Positions 46,241 to 56,433 of a stretch of DNA of 64,000 bases are shown in pieces. The stretch is from Candidatus Dojkabacteria bacterium (GTDB taxonomy: Bacteria; Patescibacteriota; Dojkabacteria; B142; OLB20). The stretch's first letter is position 1. Each line of letters starts with the position of its first letter. The stretch covers positions 386,335 to 450,334 of the forward strand of contig DAOMOX010000001.1 in assembly GCA_035444565.1 (NCBI GenBank), read 5' to 3'. Under the pieces are notes generated by a model. That model worked only from the letters and a program-made list of their open reading frames with translations, did not search any database and had not been told where the DNA came from. The position numbers were made by a program, and so were the translations under genes.

Positions 46241-47095
46241 TTAATTTAAAGCTAACAGAATAATTCCTGAAATCACCACAACAACACCAAATAATTGCTG
46301 TTTAGAAATTTTTTCTTTCAATATCAAGAATGATAAGACTATTGTCAAAGCAGGGGACGCACTTGTTATGACAGATACCACTCCTGGCTCTGCTGTGGTG
46401 TAGCCTATGTTCATCATTAGAAATGAGGTCACATCAACAAAAATTGCAAAGAAAAGTAGTAACGGGAGATTCTTAAAGTAGGTAAGGATAGGCTTATGAG
46501 TTGTTCCAGCCATAACAAAATAAGTGATAATAGTCCAAAATCTTGTGAATAAACTTACAGAGTACCAGTGATTGTCAGCGGCAAAGTAAGTCATCGTAAA
46601 AAATGAAATTCCTAGGTTTAGTGCAGCAAGGACAGACCATTTAACACCTGCAATTAATTTAAAACTCTTCGATTTCAATAATGTTTTAATATCAATTGAA
46701 GAAAGGAATATTCCTAATACAATGAGCAAGATGCTGATACCTTTTGATAAATAGAAATCTTCGTTCAAAAAGATAAATCCAAAAACCGCTGTAATCATAC
46801 CCCATGTACTGATTATGGGTGAGTTGATGCTTGCTTTTCCTTCTTTGAATGCTTTGTTAATGAATACGAAAGCTAATGCCCCCGTAATTCCTGCAATAGT
46901 TAACAAGAAAAAGACTGTAATTCCAGGGTTTTCTTTATACAAAAACGGGAATAATGCTAAAGTTGCGAGTGCGTTGCCTAATTGGATAAGAAATCCAATT
47001 TTAAAAGAGTCCTCATTTCTATTAAGTAGGGAAACTAGGATGTTTAGTACTCCGATACCAACCATTCCTGAAAGACCGTATATAATTGGGGACAT
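46241..47095 (-). CDS. EamA/DMT-superfamily transporter
   Basis: 10 TM and duplicated EamA-like halves. Confidence 0.7.
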   Translation of the reverse strand: MSPIIYGLSGMVGIGVLNILVSLLNRNEDSFKIGFLIQLGNALATLALFPFLYKENPGITVFFLLTIAGITGALAFVFINKAFKEGKASINSPIISTWGMITAVFGFIFLNEDFYLSKGISILLIVLGIFLSSIDIKTLLKSKSFKLIAGVKWSVLAALNLGISFFTMTYFAADNHWYSVSLFTRFWTIITYFVMAGTTHKPILTYFKNLPLLLFFAIFVDVTSFLMMNIGYTTAEPGVVSVITSASPALTIVLSFLILKEKISKQQLFGVVVVISGIILLALN

Positions 47096-47211
47096 AGAAT
47101 AAATTGTTAATTAATAGCGATTTTAGTATAAATGGCTCCATATCTTAATGGCAAACTTTCACTACAAATGATTTTGTAGTATATTTTAATATTAAGTTTT
47201 AATAAATAATT

Positions 47212-47562
47212 ATGCCTATTAAAAAAATTAAAAACGCATATAAAAACCGCAGAAAATTAACATACAAAGAATTAGAGTGGGATTACTTACCTATGATTGT
47301 GCTTTTTGCAGTAGTTGCAGGTATTTTGACACTTCTTTTCATATTATTGGCAATTTACCAAGATGTTCGCGGAGTCGAGGAATCAAATAGGCTAGAGAGA
47401 TTTAGGAGAATTGAGAATTTCCTTCGACGTGAACCAGAAGAAGAGACAGATAATTACTATATCGAGGAGTCAGAGCTTGACGAGCCCAATACCGAAGAAT
47501 CAGAAACGGTAGACCCAGAAAATCCAGATATGACAGAACCAGATTCATCTGTCACAGAATAA
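47212..47562 (+). CDS. small single-pass membrane protein with highly acidic C-terminal tail
   Basis: TM 'MIVLFAVVAGILTLLFILLAIY' then an E/D/T-rich tail. Confidence 0.4.
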   Translation: MPIKKIKNAYKNRRKLTYKELEWDYLPMIVLFAVVAGILTLLFILLAIYQDVRGVEESNRLERFRRIENFLRREPEEETDNYYIEESELDEPNTEESETVDPENPDMTEPDSSVTE

Positions 47563-47580
47563 TATTTCATCAATATCACG

Positions 47581-48195
47581 ATGCCTTCAACCAACAAAGA
47601 AATGGTCGAAGACCTAAAGAAACAAGGAGTGTTGAAAACCTCTGAGATTATTAATGCGTTTTTGCAAATTGATAGAAAAAAATTCCTAAAAGTTGAGCAA
47701 TATGGTCATGCTTATGACGACAGCCCATTACCTACATTAAGTGGTCAAACGATTTCACAACCATATACTGTAGCGTTCATGTTTGAATTATTAAAACCGA
47801 AAAATGGGCATAAGATTTTAGATGTCGGATCTGGTTCTGGTTGGACAACTGCTCTCTTGGCTGAAATCGTTGGAGACGAGGGTGAAGTAACGGGTACTGA
47901 GATTGTTCCGTCTTTAGTGGAATTAGGCAGAGAGAATCTAAAAAAATTTAAACACAAAAATGTAAAGATTGAACAAGCCGTTGAAGAAGAACTTGGTAGG
48001 AAAGGGGAGGTATTTGACAGAATCCTCGTGAGTGCATCTGCACAAAAACTCCCTGAAGAATTAATTACACAACTAAAACCTGGTGGAATCATGGTTATCC
48101 CTGTTGGTGAAAATATTGTAAAACTAGAAAAGTCACTCGATGAAAAAATCACAACTAAAGATTACCCAGGATTTGTTTTCGTCCCACTAGTTTAA
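47581..48195 (+). CDS. pcm: protein-L-isoaspartate O-methyltransferase
   Basis: 'TISQPYTVAFMFELL' and SAM motif I 'ILDVGSGSGWTTALLA'. Post-I and motif II are present. Confidence 0.9.
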   Translation: MPSTNKEMVEDLKKQGVLKTSEIINAFLQIDRKKFLKVEQYGHAYDDSPLPTLSGQTISQPYTVAFMFELLKPKNGHKILDVGSGSGWTTALLAEIVGDEGEVTGTEIVPSLVELGRENLKKFKHKNVKIEQAVEEELGRKGEVFDRILVSASAQKLPEELITQLKPGGIMVIPVGENIVKLEKSLDEKITTKDYPGFVFVPLV

Positions 48196-48209
48196 CTTTA
48201 AATTATTAA

Positions 48210-49100
48210 ATGCCCATAATGAGAGAAATGGACCCATCAATGCACATATCTGTCGACGATAAAATGACGGACAAAGATAAGCGTAAATCTGGTAGGTCAC
48301 AAAGATTAACCTTAGTGATGTTACTATCGATTATTTATATGCTTGGTTTAATCTATTATCGGGATTTCTATAATAAAGGTGTTGAGTTTAATGGGGAGGA
48401 TTATGGAGTTGTCCAACCTGAAGATAATATGCCAATTGTAAACAATGCTCAGAAATTTGAAGAAGCAAAGACTTTGATCGAGGAGGGAATGGCAAAATGG
48501 GATGATTTGGAATATGTCGAATATGGCGCAAAGGGAAGTGACGGAGATGAAATAGCATACTTCAACGAACAATACTTAATTGATAACGTAAATGATGAGT
48601 ATAGATATGGTGTTTCTTATGATGCTGAATTGTGTTCAGGAGTTATAGAAGGCTCTAATTGTGATACTTTCTCAGGACTAATAAAAAAAGAAGGTAAATT
48701 TTATAAATATGACGAAGGGAAAAAACAGGAGGTAGACTCTGATGATATGAGTCCTTCTGCGAAACTTCCAGAAGTAAAGGATTTTATACTTAATTACCTC
48801 AATAGCGATATGAGTGAGTATGATTTGGATGTAAATATTTACGATGGATTATACCAACCAGACAATCAAGCAGTTAAGTTTGTCGAGATAAATTATTTTA
48901 GAAAGCAAAATAATAATGCGCTTTCAAAAATCTTTAAAGCTTACGCTGATGTAATCTATGATAAATTATCAATAGAAATGATAATCGATAGTGAAGGAAG
49001 AATATTGGAGGCAACAATTCCTCATGTTTATTCTGAAATGAAGCTGTACTTCTATAGTTATAACGAACCATTAGAAATAACGCTTCCTGAGGAAGAGTAA
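48210..49100 (+). CDS. hypothetical N-terminally anchored acidic extracellular protein
   Basis: TM 'LTLVMLLSIIYMLGLIYY'. Acidic, Tyr-rich. Confidence 0.45.
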   Translation: MPIMREMDPSMHISVDDKMTDKDKRKSGRSQRLTLVMLLSIIYMLGLIYYRDFYNKGVEFNGEDYGVVQPEDNMPIVNNAQKFEEAKTLIEEGMAKWDDLEYVEYGAKGSDGDEIAYFNEQYLIDNVNDEYRYGVSYDAELCSGVIEGSNCDTFSGLIKKEGKFYKYDEGKKQEVDSDDMSPSAKLPEVKDFILNYLNSDMSEYDLDVNIYDGLYQPDNQAVKFVEINYFRKQNNNALSKIFKAYADVIYDKLSIEMIIDSEGRILEATIPHVYSEMKLYFYSYNEPLEITLPEEE

Positions 49101-49114
49101 TTTGGTTTAGGTAG

Positions 49115-50332
49115 TTAGTTCTTACTGACCTTTCTGACTTGCCACCATGTTAATGGGAATTGTAACAAGAGGAATATCGCAATTATTGGTGTTATCCCAA
49201 TCCCGACAAAGGTGTAAATCAATCCTGCAATTGTTGGTGCAAAAGCAGAACTAATAGAAAATATTGACTCATCAATCCCGTTTATTAAGCCTTGCTTGCG
49301 TTTCTCAACTGCTGAAGTAATTATTGATTTGAAAGTAGGAATACTTAGCGAAATCCCCAAGTTGGTTAAGTAAGAACAGGCGAAGAAAATTAGTAAAGAA
49401 TCTGCAAGGTACAGCAGAATTAATCCTGAAAATAAAAGGAATTGACCAATGAGGTATGTTCTGTCTTCTCCAAATCTCTCTGCGAATCTTCTCGAGAATA
49501 ATCCCTGATTGATTACCAAGAAGCTCCCAATGACTAAAAAGATAAGCCCTACTTGCTTAACATCTAGTTCGTAACGGTTCTGTACATAAAGAGTGAGTAG
49601 AGAAGTATATGCACTAAAGCTTAACGTGAAAAATATCCTGCGTGCGAAAAGATTTGAGAGATATTTGTCATCTAGTGACTTTATCTTCGCAAATATATTT
49701 AATTCTTTAATTAATTTGATTTCTAATTCTTTGTCTTGCTCGTCATGGGATTCGGGAACTTTGAAAATTATTAATAATAATGTTGCAAGGGAGATACTAA
49801 ACGCAAGAATAGCCGTTCCTAGGTAACCAATACTAAAAGAACTAGCGTATCCTCCTAAAACAGGTCCCACCACAAACGCTAAACCAAAGATTGCTCCAGA
49901 AATTCCGTAAATTTTTGTTCTTTCTTTTGTTTCTGTTTTATCTGCGATATAAGCATTTGCAACAGAGACATTTCCTCCAGTGATTCCATCAATAATTCTT
50001 CCGAAAATAATCACTAGAATTGGAAGTGAAATCCCAATCACTGGAACGTCTGGGATGAAATATGATATTCCAAATATTATCCAACTTACCATCGTTCCTG
50101 CTTGGCTTATAATCAAAATAGGGCGTCGACCGTACTTATCACTTAAGCTTCCTAAAATTGGAGCGCCAATAAACTGAAAAAATGCATATGCTGAAACCAA
50201 AAATCCATACATTAGTGGAGTTTCGTTGTATTGCTTGATTACAAACGGTAGAATAGGCAATACCACAGAGAAACCGAGTGCATTTACAAATGTAAGCAAC
50301 AAAATTGGATAGATTTCTTTTTTAATTTTCAT
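49115..50332 (-). CDS. MFS transporter
   Basis: MFS signature 'GSLSDKYGRRPILI' between TM2 and TM3. 12 TM. Confidence 0.85.
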   Translation of the reverse strand: MKIKKEIYPILLLTFVNALGFSVVLPILPFVIKQYNETPLMYGFLVSAYAFFQFIGAPILGSLSDKYGRRPILIISQAGTMVSWIIFGISYFIPDVPVIGISLPILVIIFGRIIDGITGGNVSVANAYIADKTETKERTKIYGISGAIFGLAFVVGPVLGGYASSFSIGYLGTAILAFSISLATLLLIIFKVPESHDEQDKELEIKLIKELNIFAKIKSLDDKYLSNLFARRIFFTLSFSAYTSLLTLYVQNRYELDVKQVGLIFLVIGSFLVINQGLFSRRFAERFGEDRTYLIGQFLLFSGLILLYLADSLLIFFACSYLTNLGISLSIPTFKSIITSAVEKRKQGLINGIDESIFSISSAFAPTIAGLIYTFVGIGITPIIAIFLLLQFPLTWWQVRKVSKN

Positions 50333-50494
50333 CAGTAATTGTTATTCAAGGATGTTGATTATATAACAAAAAGGAGTAGTGGGCGATTGTTAATCGTTCG
50401 TTAAACAATTCATCAAATTTCATTATTTCTCCTTTGTTATTAACATCACTCAAGCTTTTAGTTAATATGTTATTAAATTTAAAATTGCCCTAGA

Positions 50495-51067
50495 TTGGAT
50501 CATTTATTGCCCAATGAAAAAGAGTTCGTAGAAAAAGCGCTTGTAAGTCTTGATGAATTTGTTCCTCTATATAAGTTTTATCAGAAAAAGATTTTCAATT
50601 ATTGTCTGCACAGACTTCCTACCGAAGTGGATGCCGAAGATACAACCTCTCAAGTATTTGTTAATGCACTTAATTCTTTCGCCAACAAACAATATGTGAG
50701 CTCAGATGAATATACTTTCAAAGCGTGGCTTTTTCGTATTGCCCATAATTTGATTGTTGATTTTTATCGAGGAAAATCTCGCTATAAAATAATTGAGATT
50801 GATGAAAACATTGTTGAAGATGAAGCTACTTGTCAAGAGATTGAAGAAACGCTGGACTTGGAAAGGAGTTCGAACAAGATTTTGGCAATCCTGAAAAGAT
50901 TTGATGACTCTACACAGAGTATTTTCGTACTTAGATTTAGAGAAGATATGAATTTTGAAGAAATTGCACAGGTGATAAGTCTAGACCTTTCTACAACAAA
51001 GATGAAATATTACCGGGCATTAAATCTGATAAAAAAAATAATTGAAAAAGAAAAATTTATTAATTAA
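50495..51067 (+). CDS. ECF-type RNA polymerase sigma factor (sigma-70 family, group 4)
   Basis: Region 2 'FKAWLFRIAHNLIVDFYRGKSR' and region 4 HTH 'NFEEIAQVISLDLSTTKMKYYRALNLIKK'. 190 aa. Confidence 0.8.
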   Translation: MDHLLPNEKEFVEKALVSLDEFVPLYKFYQKKIFNYCLHRLPTEVDAEDTTSQVFVNALNSFANKQYVSSDEYTFKAWLFRIAHNLIVDFYRGKSRYKIIEIDENIVEDEATCQEIEETLDLERSSNKILAILKRFDDSTQSIFVLRFREDMNFEEIAQVISLDLSTTKMKYYRALNLIKKIIEKEKFIN

Positions 51068-51069
51068 TT

Positions 51070-54000
51070 GTGACTAAAATCATGCCAAATGAGTATAAAG
51101 AAGTAGAAGAAGTTCTCTCAAAAGCGCTAAAGTCTGATCAGGATTTGAGACCTGATGCCAAAAGTGCAATGGATGAGAGAGTTAATAATACTATTCATAC
51201 TTTAAAAAACATGAAAAACGAAAACGTTCCAGAGAAAATTAGTTTTTTCTCAAAAGTTAAACTTGGTTTTTTTGCTACAAAAAAAAGAAGATTTGCCACA
51301 TTTTCTGTTGTCTCTCTTTTGTTACTCCCACTTATCATCATTACGCTTTTTGTTTTGACGAATGGGAATATTCCGATTTTCAGAAGGCAAGAAAATCTTA
51401 AAGCGGCAAGTGTCGATTTTGCGGCATCTAAAATTTCTGGAGATGGTGTGTCTCAAGATTCAGAATTTATCCTAAGAACTAAAGCGATTTATACAAATGT
51501 TGAATTGCAGGAAAAATTGAAGATTAGTCCTGCAATTAACTATGAGGTTAAAAAAATTTCCGAGGGATATAAGATATCACCGTTATCAAATCTTCAAAAA
51601 AATGTGCTTTATGAAGTCAAATTAGAGGATAGTGATGTGGATTTGGATTGGAACTTCCGTGTAGAACCCGGGTTTACAGTATTAGGTCACTCTCCAGCAG
51701 AAAACGCCCCAATCAATTCAGTGATTGAACTTAACTTTAATTATTCGGATATAGATTTAGATAGTATTCGTTCTGCATTCAAATCTAACCCTGTTATAAA
51801 TATTAAAGAAATTAAACAAGAAGGAAGAACTGTGATATTGATACCAGATAACCCTCTAACACTGAATTCTTCGTATTCATTGTATTTAAATAATACTGTG
51901 AAGAGAGAAAACGGTGAAAGTTTAAGTGTTCCGTATCAAGCTTATCTTTCTACCTATGACTCATCACAAGTGGATAACTACTCTCCTTCGATTTATTTCG
52001 GATCAACGGAAGGAAGAGAGAAATTGTTAGGATCGGAAAGAAAGGTTGCATTCAGCGTTTCTAATTATGTGTCGAATGTAAAAGGCAACGTGAAGATGTA
52101 TAAAGTTAAAAATGATATGTTCCTTGAGGCCACTAAAGAGTACTTTTCAGTAAATAGTTGGTATTCAACTTACCGTTTGGAAAGTAAGTACTTAGAAGAA
52201 ATAAAATCTGAAGAATTCACTCCTTCTCCCGATGTAGTTGTTACAGTTCCTGAAATTAATATGGGCGAAATCATTTACGTAGAAGCAAGTTACATGGGGG
52301 TTGTAAGAGGTGGTTATTATTTAACTACTGACTTATTAAGTCATATGACTTATATGCAAAATGAATTGGTATTAAATGTCTTTGATTCTCAAGGCAAAAT
52401 AATAAATGAAGGGACTGCAGATATTATTTACAAAGATAATAATAATCAAGTTCAATCAAAGTCTTTTCCAATTACAGGGATAGTTAGAATTCCTAAATCC
52501 GACTTGCCAGATCAGGATTCCATTTTGGGAGCACTGATTAATGCCAAGGGTGATAGGTTAATGTTAAGTATGACATCAAACTACCCACCAGGAACATATT
52601 GGTTTGGAGGTGATTACGAAGGTGATTCAGAATATAACAAAAACATCTTTAGTTACTTTATGATGGATAAACCTGTGTACACTGAAGGAGATAAGGTCAG
52701 ATTCAAGACCCAGTTTAGGTATTCAGAAGATTTTACTAGCTTCCAACCGTATGATGTTTCTGGACTTGAGTACGTGATTTACTATGGTGGGTCAGTTGTG
52801 GGTAAAGCGAAGCCCGAATATAACAAAGAATTAGGGTATATTACAGGAGAGTTCAACATACCAGGTGTGGGTGATAGCTATATGTCTGGGTCAATTCAGG
52901 TTGTGAGGGGTAATAACGTCATAGCTACAAAAAATTTCCCTATTCGGGAATATGTTAAACCCCAATATACGGTTTCTATTAGTGTTGATGATTCTAATAA
53001 AATATATCACCCAGGTGATGAAGTTGAATTTGCCGTAAAGGTGAATGATCTTGCAGGGAACCCATGGTCGGGGGGTGAAATCCAGGCAGACTTCGGATAT
53101 ACGGAGATGTATCGTTACTCTGGAATGAATATGACCAATTTGACTGCAAATAGCTATTTGACCAAATCAGTTGACAAAAAAACAGTTAAACTAGACTCAG
53201 GCGGCCATGTAAATCTTGTCTACAAAATAACAAACCCTGAAGTATCAGATACAAGCGACTTCTTCTCATCTGTCTTGCAGGTCAACATTGACAAACATGC
53301 AACAAAATCATATGGCGTTAAGTCAACCTTAGGAGACATTACTGTAATCGCAGAAACAACTGACAATAATGTGAGAAAGAAGTTGGGTGAAGAGGTTAAA
53401 ATCCAAGTCAAGACAGTAGATGTGCAAACTTTGACAGGTGTACCAAGTACTATAGACAAGATTGAGGTGGTTCGCCATTGGTCCGAGAAAATTCCAAGGA
53501 CATATTACAATTCAACTACACGCACCAACGAAACTACCTATGACTATGTTCAACATGAGGACCTGATAGAAACTCAGTACAATCTTAAAACTGATGATAA
53601 CGGTAATTTGGAATTGGTGAAGAAATATGACCAAGATGGTTCATACTTCTTTAGGTTTGAATTCAAAGATAGGAACAATAGACTGGTAAAATTCTATTCT
53701 TCGCTTTTCTACCTAAATGGTGATGACGATGATAGCAGTATACAGGACAATTCTCCAATAATTTACACAGATAAAAGTGTTTATGAAATTGGTGATAAGG
53801 TCAACGTTAGAGTTGAATTCCCAGATAATTTCTTGGATGGACGAGAAGCTTACATCTTCGTTTATAAAGATAAGATATACATGGAAGAGAAAATCTCGAT
53901 TACAGAGAATGTTTATAACTATTCCTATGATTTAACAAAAGAGCTTAGTCCGCAGGCAGGGATTCGGTTAGTTTATACTTTGCCAGTGAGCGACTTTGGT

Positions 54001-56391
54001 ACTGAATTTGCAAATGAAAAATATAGAGTTGTTGACTCCGTGGAGCAACATCTTGTGGTGAGAAGAGATGAAGATTTGTTAAATGTAGAAATTTCTAGTG
54101 AGAAGAAGGAATATTTCCCAGGAGAAGAAGTGAAAATGAAAATCAAAGTGACCGACGAAAACGGTAGATCGGTCTCCGGTGCAAATTTGAATACCCGAGT
54201 ATTTGATAAGTCATTGCTGGCAGTCCTCGACCAGGATAAATATCAGAAAGATATATACGATAAAGTTTTTGGGGTTTATAAAAGAATTGGAAGTCTCTTC
54301 ACTTTTCCAAAATCGCCTTATAGAGGTGATGGTGGAGATGGAGGTAGAGGTCCTGACGGAATCAGAAGAAATTTTGACGATGTTGCGACTTTCCAATCAA
54401 ATTTGATTACTGATGATTCCGGAAATGCCGAACTTAACTTTACTATTCCTGATTCTATAACTACATGGATTGTGGATGTTGATGCTTTTACAAAGATGTT
54501 GAATGTAGGCAATACTTTTGTTGAGATTTCAACGAATAAAGAGGTTATCGTGAATGGAACTTTCCCAGAAACAGTTAGAGTGGGTGATAAATTCTCTCCA
54601 AAGGTCGTTGTATACAATCACACGGACACTTCAGTAACAGGTAAATTGGTGATTACTGCCGGGGAAGGATTGGTTCTTTCAAATAGTGAGCAAAATATCG
54701 TCATTGAACCCAGAACAGGGGGAATATTTAATTTTGATGCTGAGGTAAAACAGGCAAAATCTGCGGGTACAATATTAACAATCAAGTTACTAGGAGAAGA
54801 TGGTAGTGTAATCGATGGAATTGAAAAAACCATTGAAATTAGGGTACCTGGTTTTCCAACAACATCTGTTGAATCAAAAAAACTTAGCTCAGGTGAAAAC
54901 GAATTGAAATTTAACATTGAAGGTGATCTTGAAAGAACATCAGCAAATTTGATGATTTCACCAAACTCATACAGATATGCATTCTTTACAAGAGATTTAA
55001 TAGTAAATTCTTCGGAAGAAAGAGCTTCATCAGTAGTCCATAACCTTGCAATATATGAAAATTATGACAAAGGTCAAAGTGTGATTCCGATGAGCAAAGA
55101 TTCAATATTAGACCAGTCCATTTTAAGCATTGCTGCTTTACTAGAAACGAGAAATGAAGATGGGGGTTATGGAATGTTTGGATATAGCACTTCTGACATT
55201 AAAAACACCTCCTATGTGGCATATGCCCTTGGAAAGGGAAATCAGTCCGGAGCAGGGAATAGTTATGATGAGAAGGAATTGCTCACTCAATATCTAGTTG
55301 AACAAGTTGTCACAACCGAAGGCAAGGTGAACAAATCTACGACTCCTTATGATAAGACCATGGCAGTATGGGCTCTAAGTTACATTGATCCATCAAAGGC
55401 AATCAACTATGCACAAATGATCAAAAGTCAGTTGAATGGAGACGAGACTATGGCAGAACTATCACTTCTGGCAGACGCTCTGTATACGTCGGGAAGCACT
55501 GGGGATGCTCGAGCTGTCACACAAGAGATGCTTTCAAAATTACAAACAAATAATTTGAATCAGATGTTTATTGAAGAATATCAACCTTACTCAGAGAATA
55601 AATATTTCGCAAATATCTTTCTTTGGAAGATGCTAAATGTATTAGACCTAGATGATAATTCCGAAGAAAAAGTCGGGAATTGGATAATGGCTAATACAGA
55701 AACAGATTCGGCTTTTGAATCAGCACTAATTAACGAGATGTTATTGAATTATAGAGTGCAAGAACAGTCTGTAGATGCTGAAATTGAGCTTTATGTAAAC
55801 GAGACAGAAGTATTTAAAGGTAATATCTCAGAATTTGGTGAAAGCTTCCTTCTAACTAATCTAAAAGGAGGAGAGAATGTTGTTAGAATAACCTCCAACA
55901 AAGATGGGCTGAGATATCTTCTGAAACTCAGTGAGGTGACTCAAAGTCAAATTACATCGACAGACGATTTTACGGTTAAAACTGAGTACATGCCTTTAGA
56001 AACAATGATTAGTTCTTCTACAATCCCCTCAAGCGAGTACACATTGGTGAGACTTACCGTTACTGCCAAAAAAGAACACAAAGGATATCATGTTAAGACT
56101 TATCTTCCTGCTGGTGTTACTGTTGGTAGTGCTATCCCTAGACTGGATTCCTCAGAAGCATATCGTGATTGGGTCTACAGTAAGAACTATTCAAATAAAT
56201 GGCCACAGGTATCAAGAGGATCGCTAACTTTTGATGCGTATTATAGTGAAAATAGTAATACTCAGGTATTTGAATATCTCCTTGTAACGGACCACAAAGG
56301 GGTCTATGGAACTGATGGAACTTATGTTTACTACGACGATGGTTCAGGTTTTAAGGGTTATGATGCAGGGAAAACGATTACAATAAACTAA
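51070..56391 (+). CDS. giant single-pass membrane protein with anti-sigma-like cytoplasmic N-terminus and alpha-2-macroglobulin-like extracytoplasmic region (multiple MG domains, thioester-less)
   Basis: About 85-aa N-terminal segment then TM 'FATFSVVSLLLLPLIIITLFVLT'. Repeated MG-domain starts 'KPVYTEGDKVRFK', 'KIYHPGDEVEFAVKV', 'KSVYEIGDKVNVRVEF' and 'KEYFPGEEVKMKIKV'. A2M signature 'RRNFDDVATFQSNLITDDSGNAELNFTIPDSITTWIVDVDAF'. No Cys anywhere in the 1773 aa. Starts 3 nt after the sigma factor stop. Confidence 0.8.
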   Translation: MTKIMPNEYKEVEEVLSKALKSDQDLRPDAKSAMDERVNNTIHTLKNMKNENVPEKISFFSKVKLGFFATKKRRFATFSVVSLLLLPLIIITLFVLTNGNIPIFRRQENLKAASVDFAASKISGDGVSQDSEFILRTKAIYTNVELQEKLKISPAINYEVKKISEGYKISPLSNLQKNVLYEVKLEDSDVDLDWNFRVEPGFTVLGHSPAENAPINSVIELNFNYSDIDLDSIRSAFKSNPVINIKEIKQEGRTVILIPDNPLTLNSSYSLYLNNTVKRENGESLSVPYQAYLSTYDSSQVDNYSPSIYFGSTEGREKLLGSERKVAFSVSNYVSNVKGNVKMYKVKNDMFLEATKEYFSVNSWYSTYRLESKYLEEIKSEEFTPSPDVVVTVPEINMGEIIYVEASYMGVVRGGYYLTTDLLSHMTYMQNELVLNVFDSQGKIINEGTADIIYKDNNNQVQSKSFPITGIVRIPKSDLPDQDSILGALINAKGDRLMLSMTSNYPPGTYWFGGDYEGDSEYNKNIFSYFMMDKPVYTEGDKVRFKTQFRYSEDFTSFQPYDVSGLEYVIYYGGSVVGKAKPEYNKELGYITGEFNIPGVGDSYMSGSIQVVRGNNVIATKNFPIREYVKPQYTVSISVDDSNKIYHPGDEVEFAVKVNDLAGNPWSGGEIQADFGYTEMYRYSGMNMTNLTANSYLTKSVDKKTVKLDSGGHVNLVYKITNPEVSDTSDFFSSVLQVNIDKHATKSYGVKSTLGDITVIAETTDNNVRKKLGEEVKIQVKTVDVQTLTGVPSTIDKIEVVRHWSEKIPRTYYNSTTRTNETTYDYVQHEDLIETQYNLKTDDNGNLELVKKYDQDGSYFFRFEFKDRNNRLVKFYSSLFYLNGDDDDSSIQDNSPIIYTDKSVYEIGDKVNVRVEFPDNFLDGREAYIFVYKDKIYMEEKISITENVYNYSYDLTKELSPQAGIRLVYTLPVSDFGTEFANEKYRVVDSVEQHLVVRRDEDLLNVEISSEKKEYFPGEEVKMKIKVTDENGRSVSGANLNTRVFDKSLLAVLDQDKYQKDIYDKVFGVYKRIGSLFTFPKSPYRGDGGDGGRGPDGIRRNFDDVATFQSNLITDDSGNAELNFTIPDSITTWIVDVDAFTKMLNVGNTFVEISTNKEVIVNGTFPETVRVGDKFSPKVVVYNHTDTSVTGKLVITAGEGLVLSNSEQNIVIEPRTGGIFNFDAEVKQAKSAGTILTIKLLGEDGSVIDGIEKTIEIRVPGFPTTSVESKKLSSGENELKFNIEGDLERTSANLMISPNSYRYAFFTRDLIVNSSEERASSVVHNLAIYENYDKGQSVIPMSKDSILDQSILSIAALLETRNEDGGYGMFGYSTSDIKNTSYVAYALGKGNQSGAGNSYDEKELLTQYLVEQVVTTEGKVNKSTTPYDKTMAVWALSYIDPSKAINYAQMIKSQLNGDETMAELSLLADALYTSGSTGDARAVTQEMLSKLQTNNLNQMFIEEYQPYSENKYFANIFLWKMLNVLDLDDNSEEKVGNWIMANTETDSAFESALINEMLLNYRVQEQSVDAEIELYVNETEVFKGNISEFGESFLLTNLKGGENVVRITSNKDGLRYLLKLSEVTQSQITSTDDFTVKTEYMPLETMISSSTIPSSEYTLVRLTVTAKKEHKGYHVKTYLPAGVTVGSAIPRLDSSEAYRDWVYSKNYSNKWPQVSRGSLTFDAYYSENSNTQVFEYLLVTDHKGVYGTDGTYVYYDDGSGFKGYDAGKTITIN

Positions 56392-56394
56392 CCG

Positions 56395-56433
56395 ATGGGG
56401 GTGTAAATCGCACCCCCATTATATATTTCTTCT
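56395..56433 (+). terminator. rho-independent terminator after the A2M-like gene
   Basis: ATGGGGGTG-TAAATCG-CACCCCCAT followed by TATATATTTCTTCT. Confidence 0.65.

Noticed and set aside
50380-50412. Imperfect inverted repeat 'gattgttaa-tcgttcg-ttaaacaattc' upstream of the ECF sigma gene
   Set aside because: It is short and imperfect, in an AT-rich intergenic region, and could arise by chance. It is not reported as an operator without a second occurrence.
51070-56391. Thioester (CGEQ) site expected for an A2M-family protein
   Set aside because: The motif is absent, and no Cys exists in the protein. The family call rests on MG-domain and 'PDSITTW'-segment similarity instead. It is treated as a thioester-less A2M-like protein.
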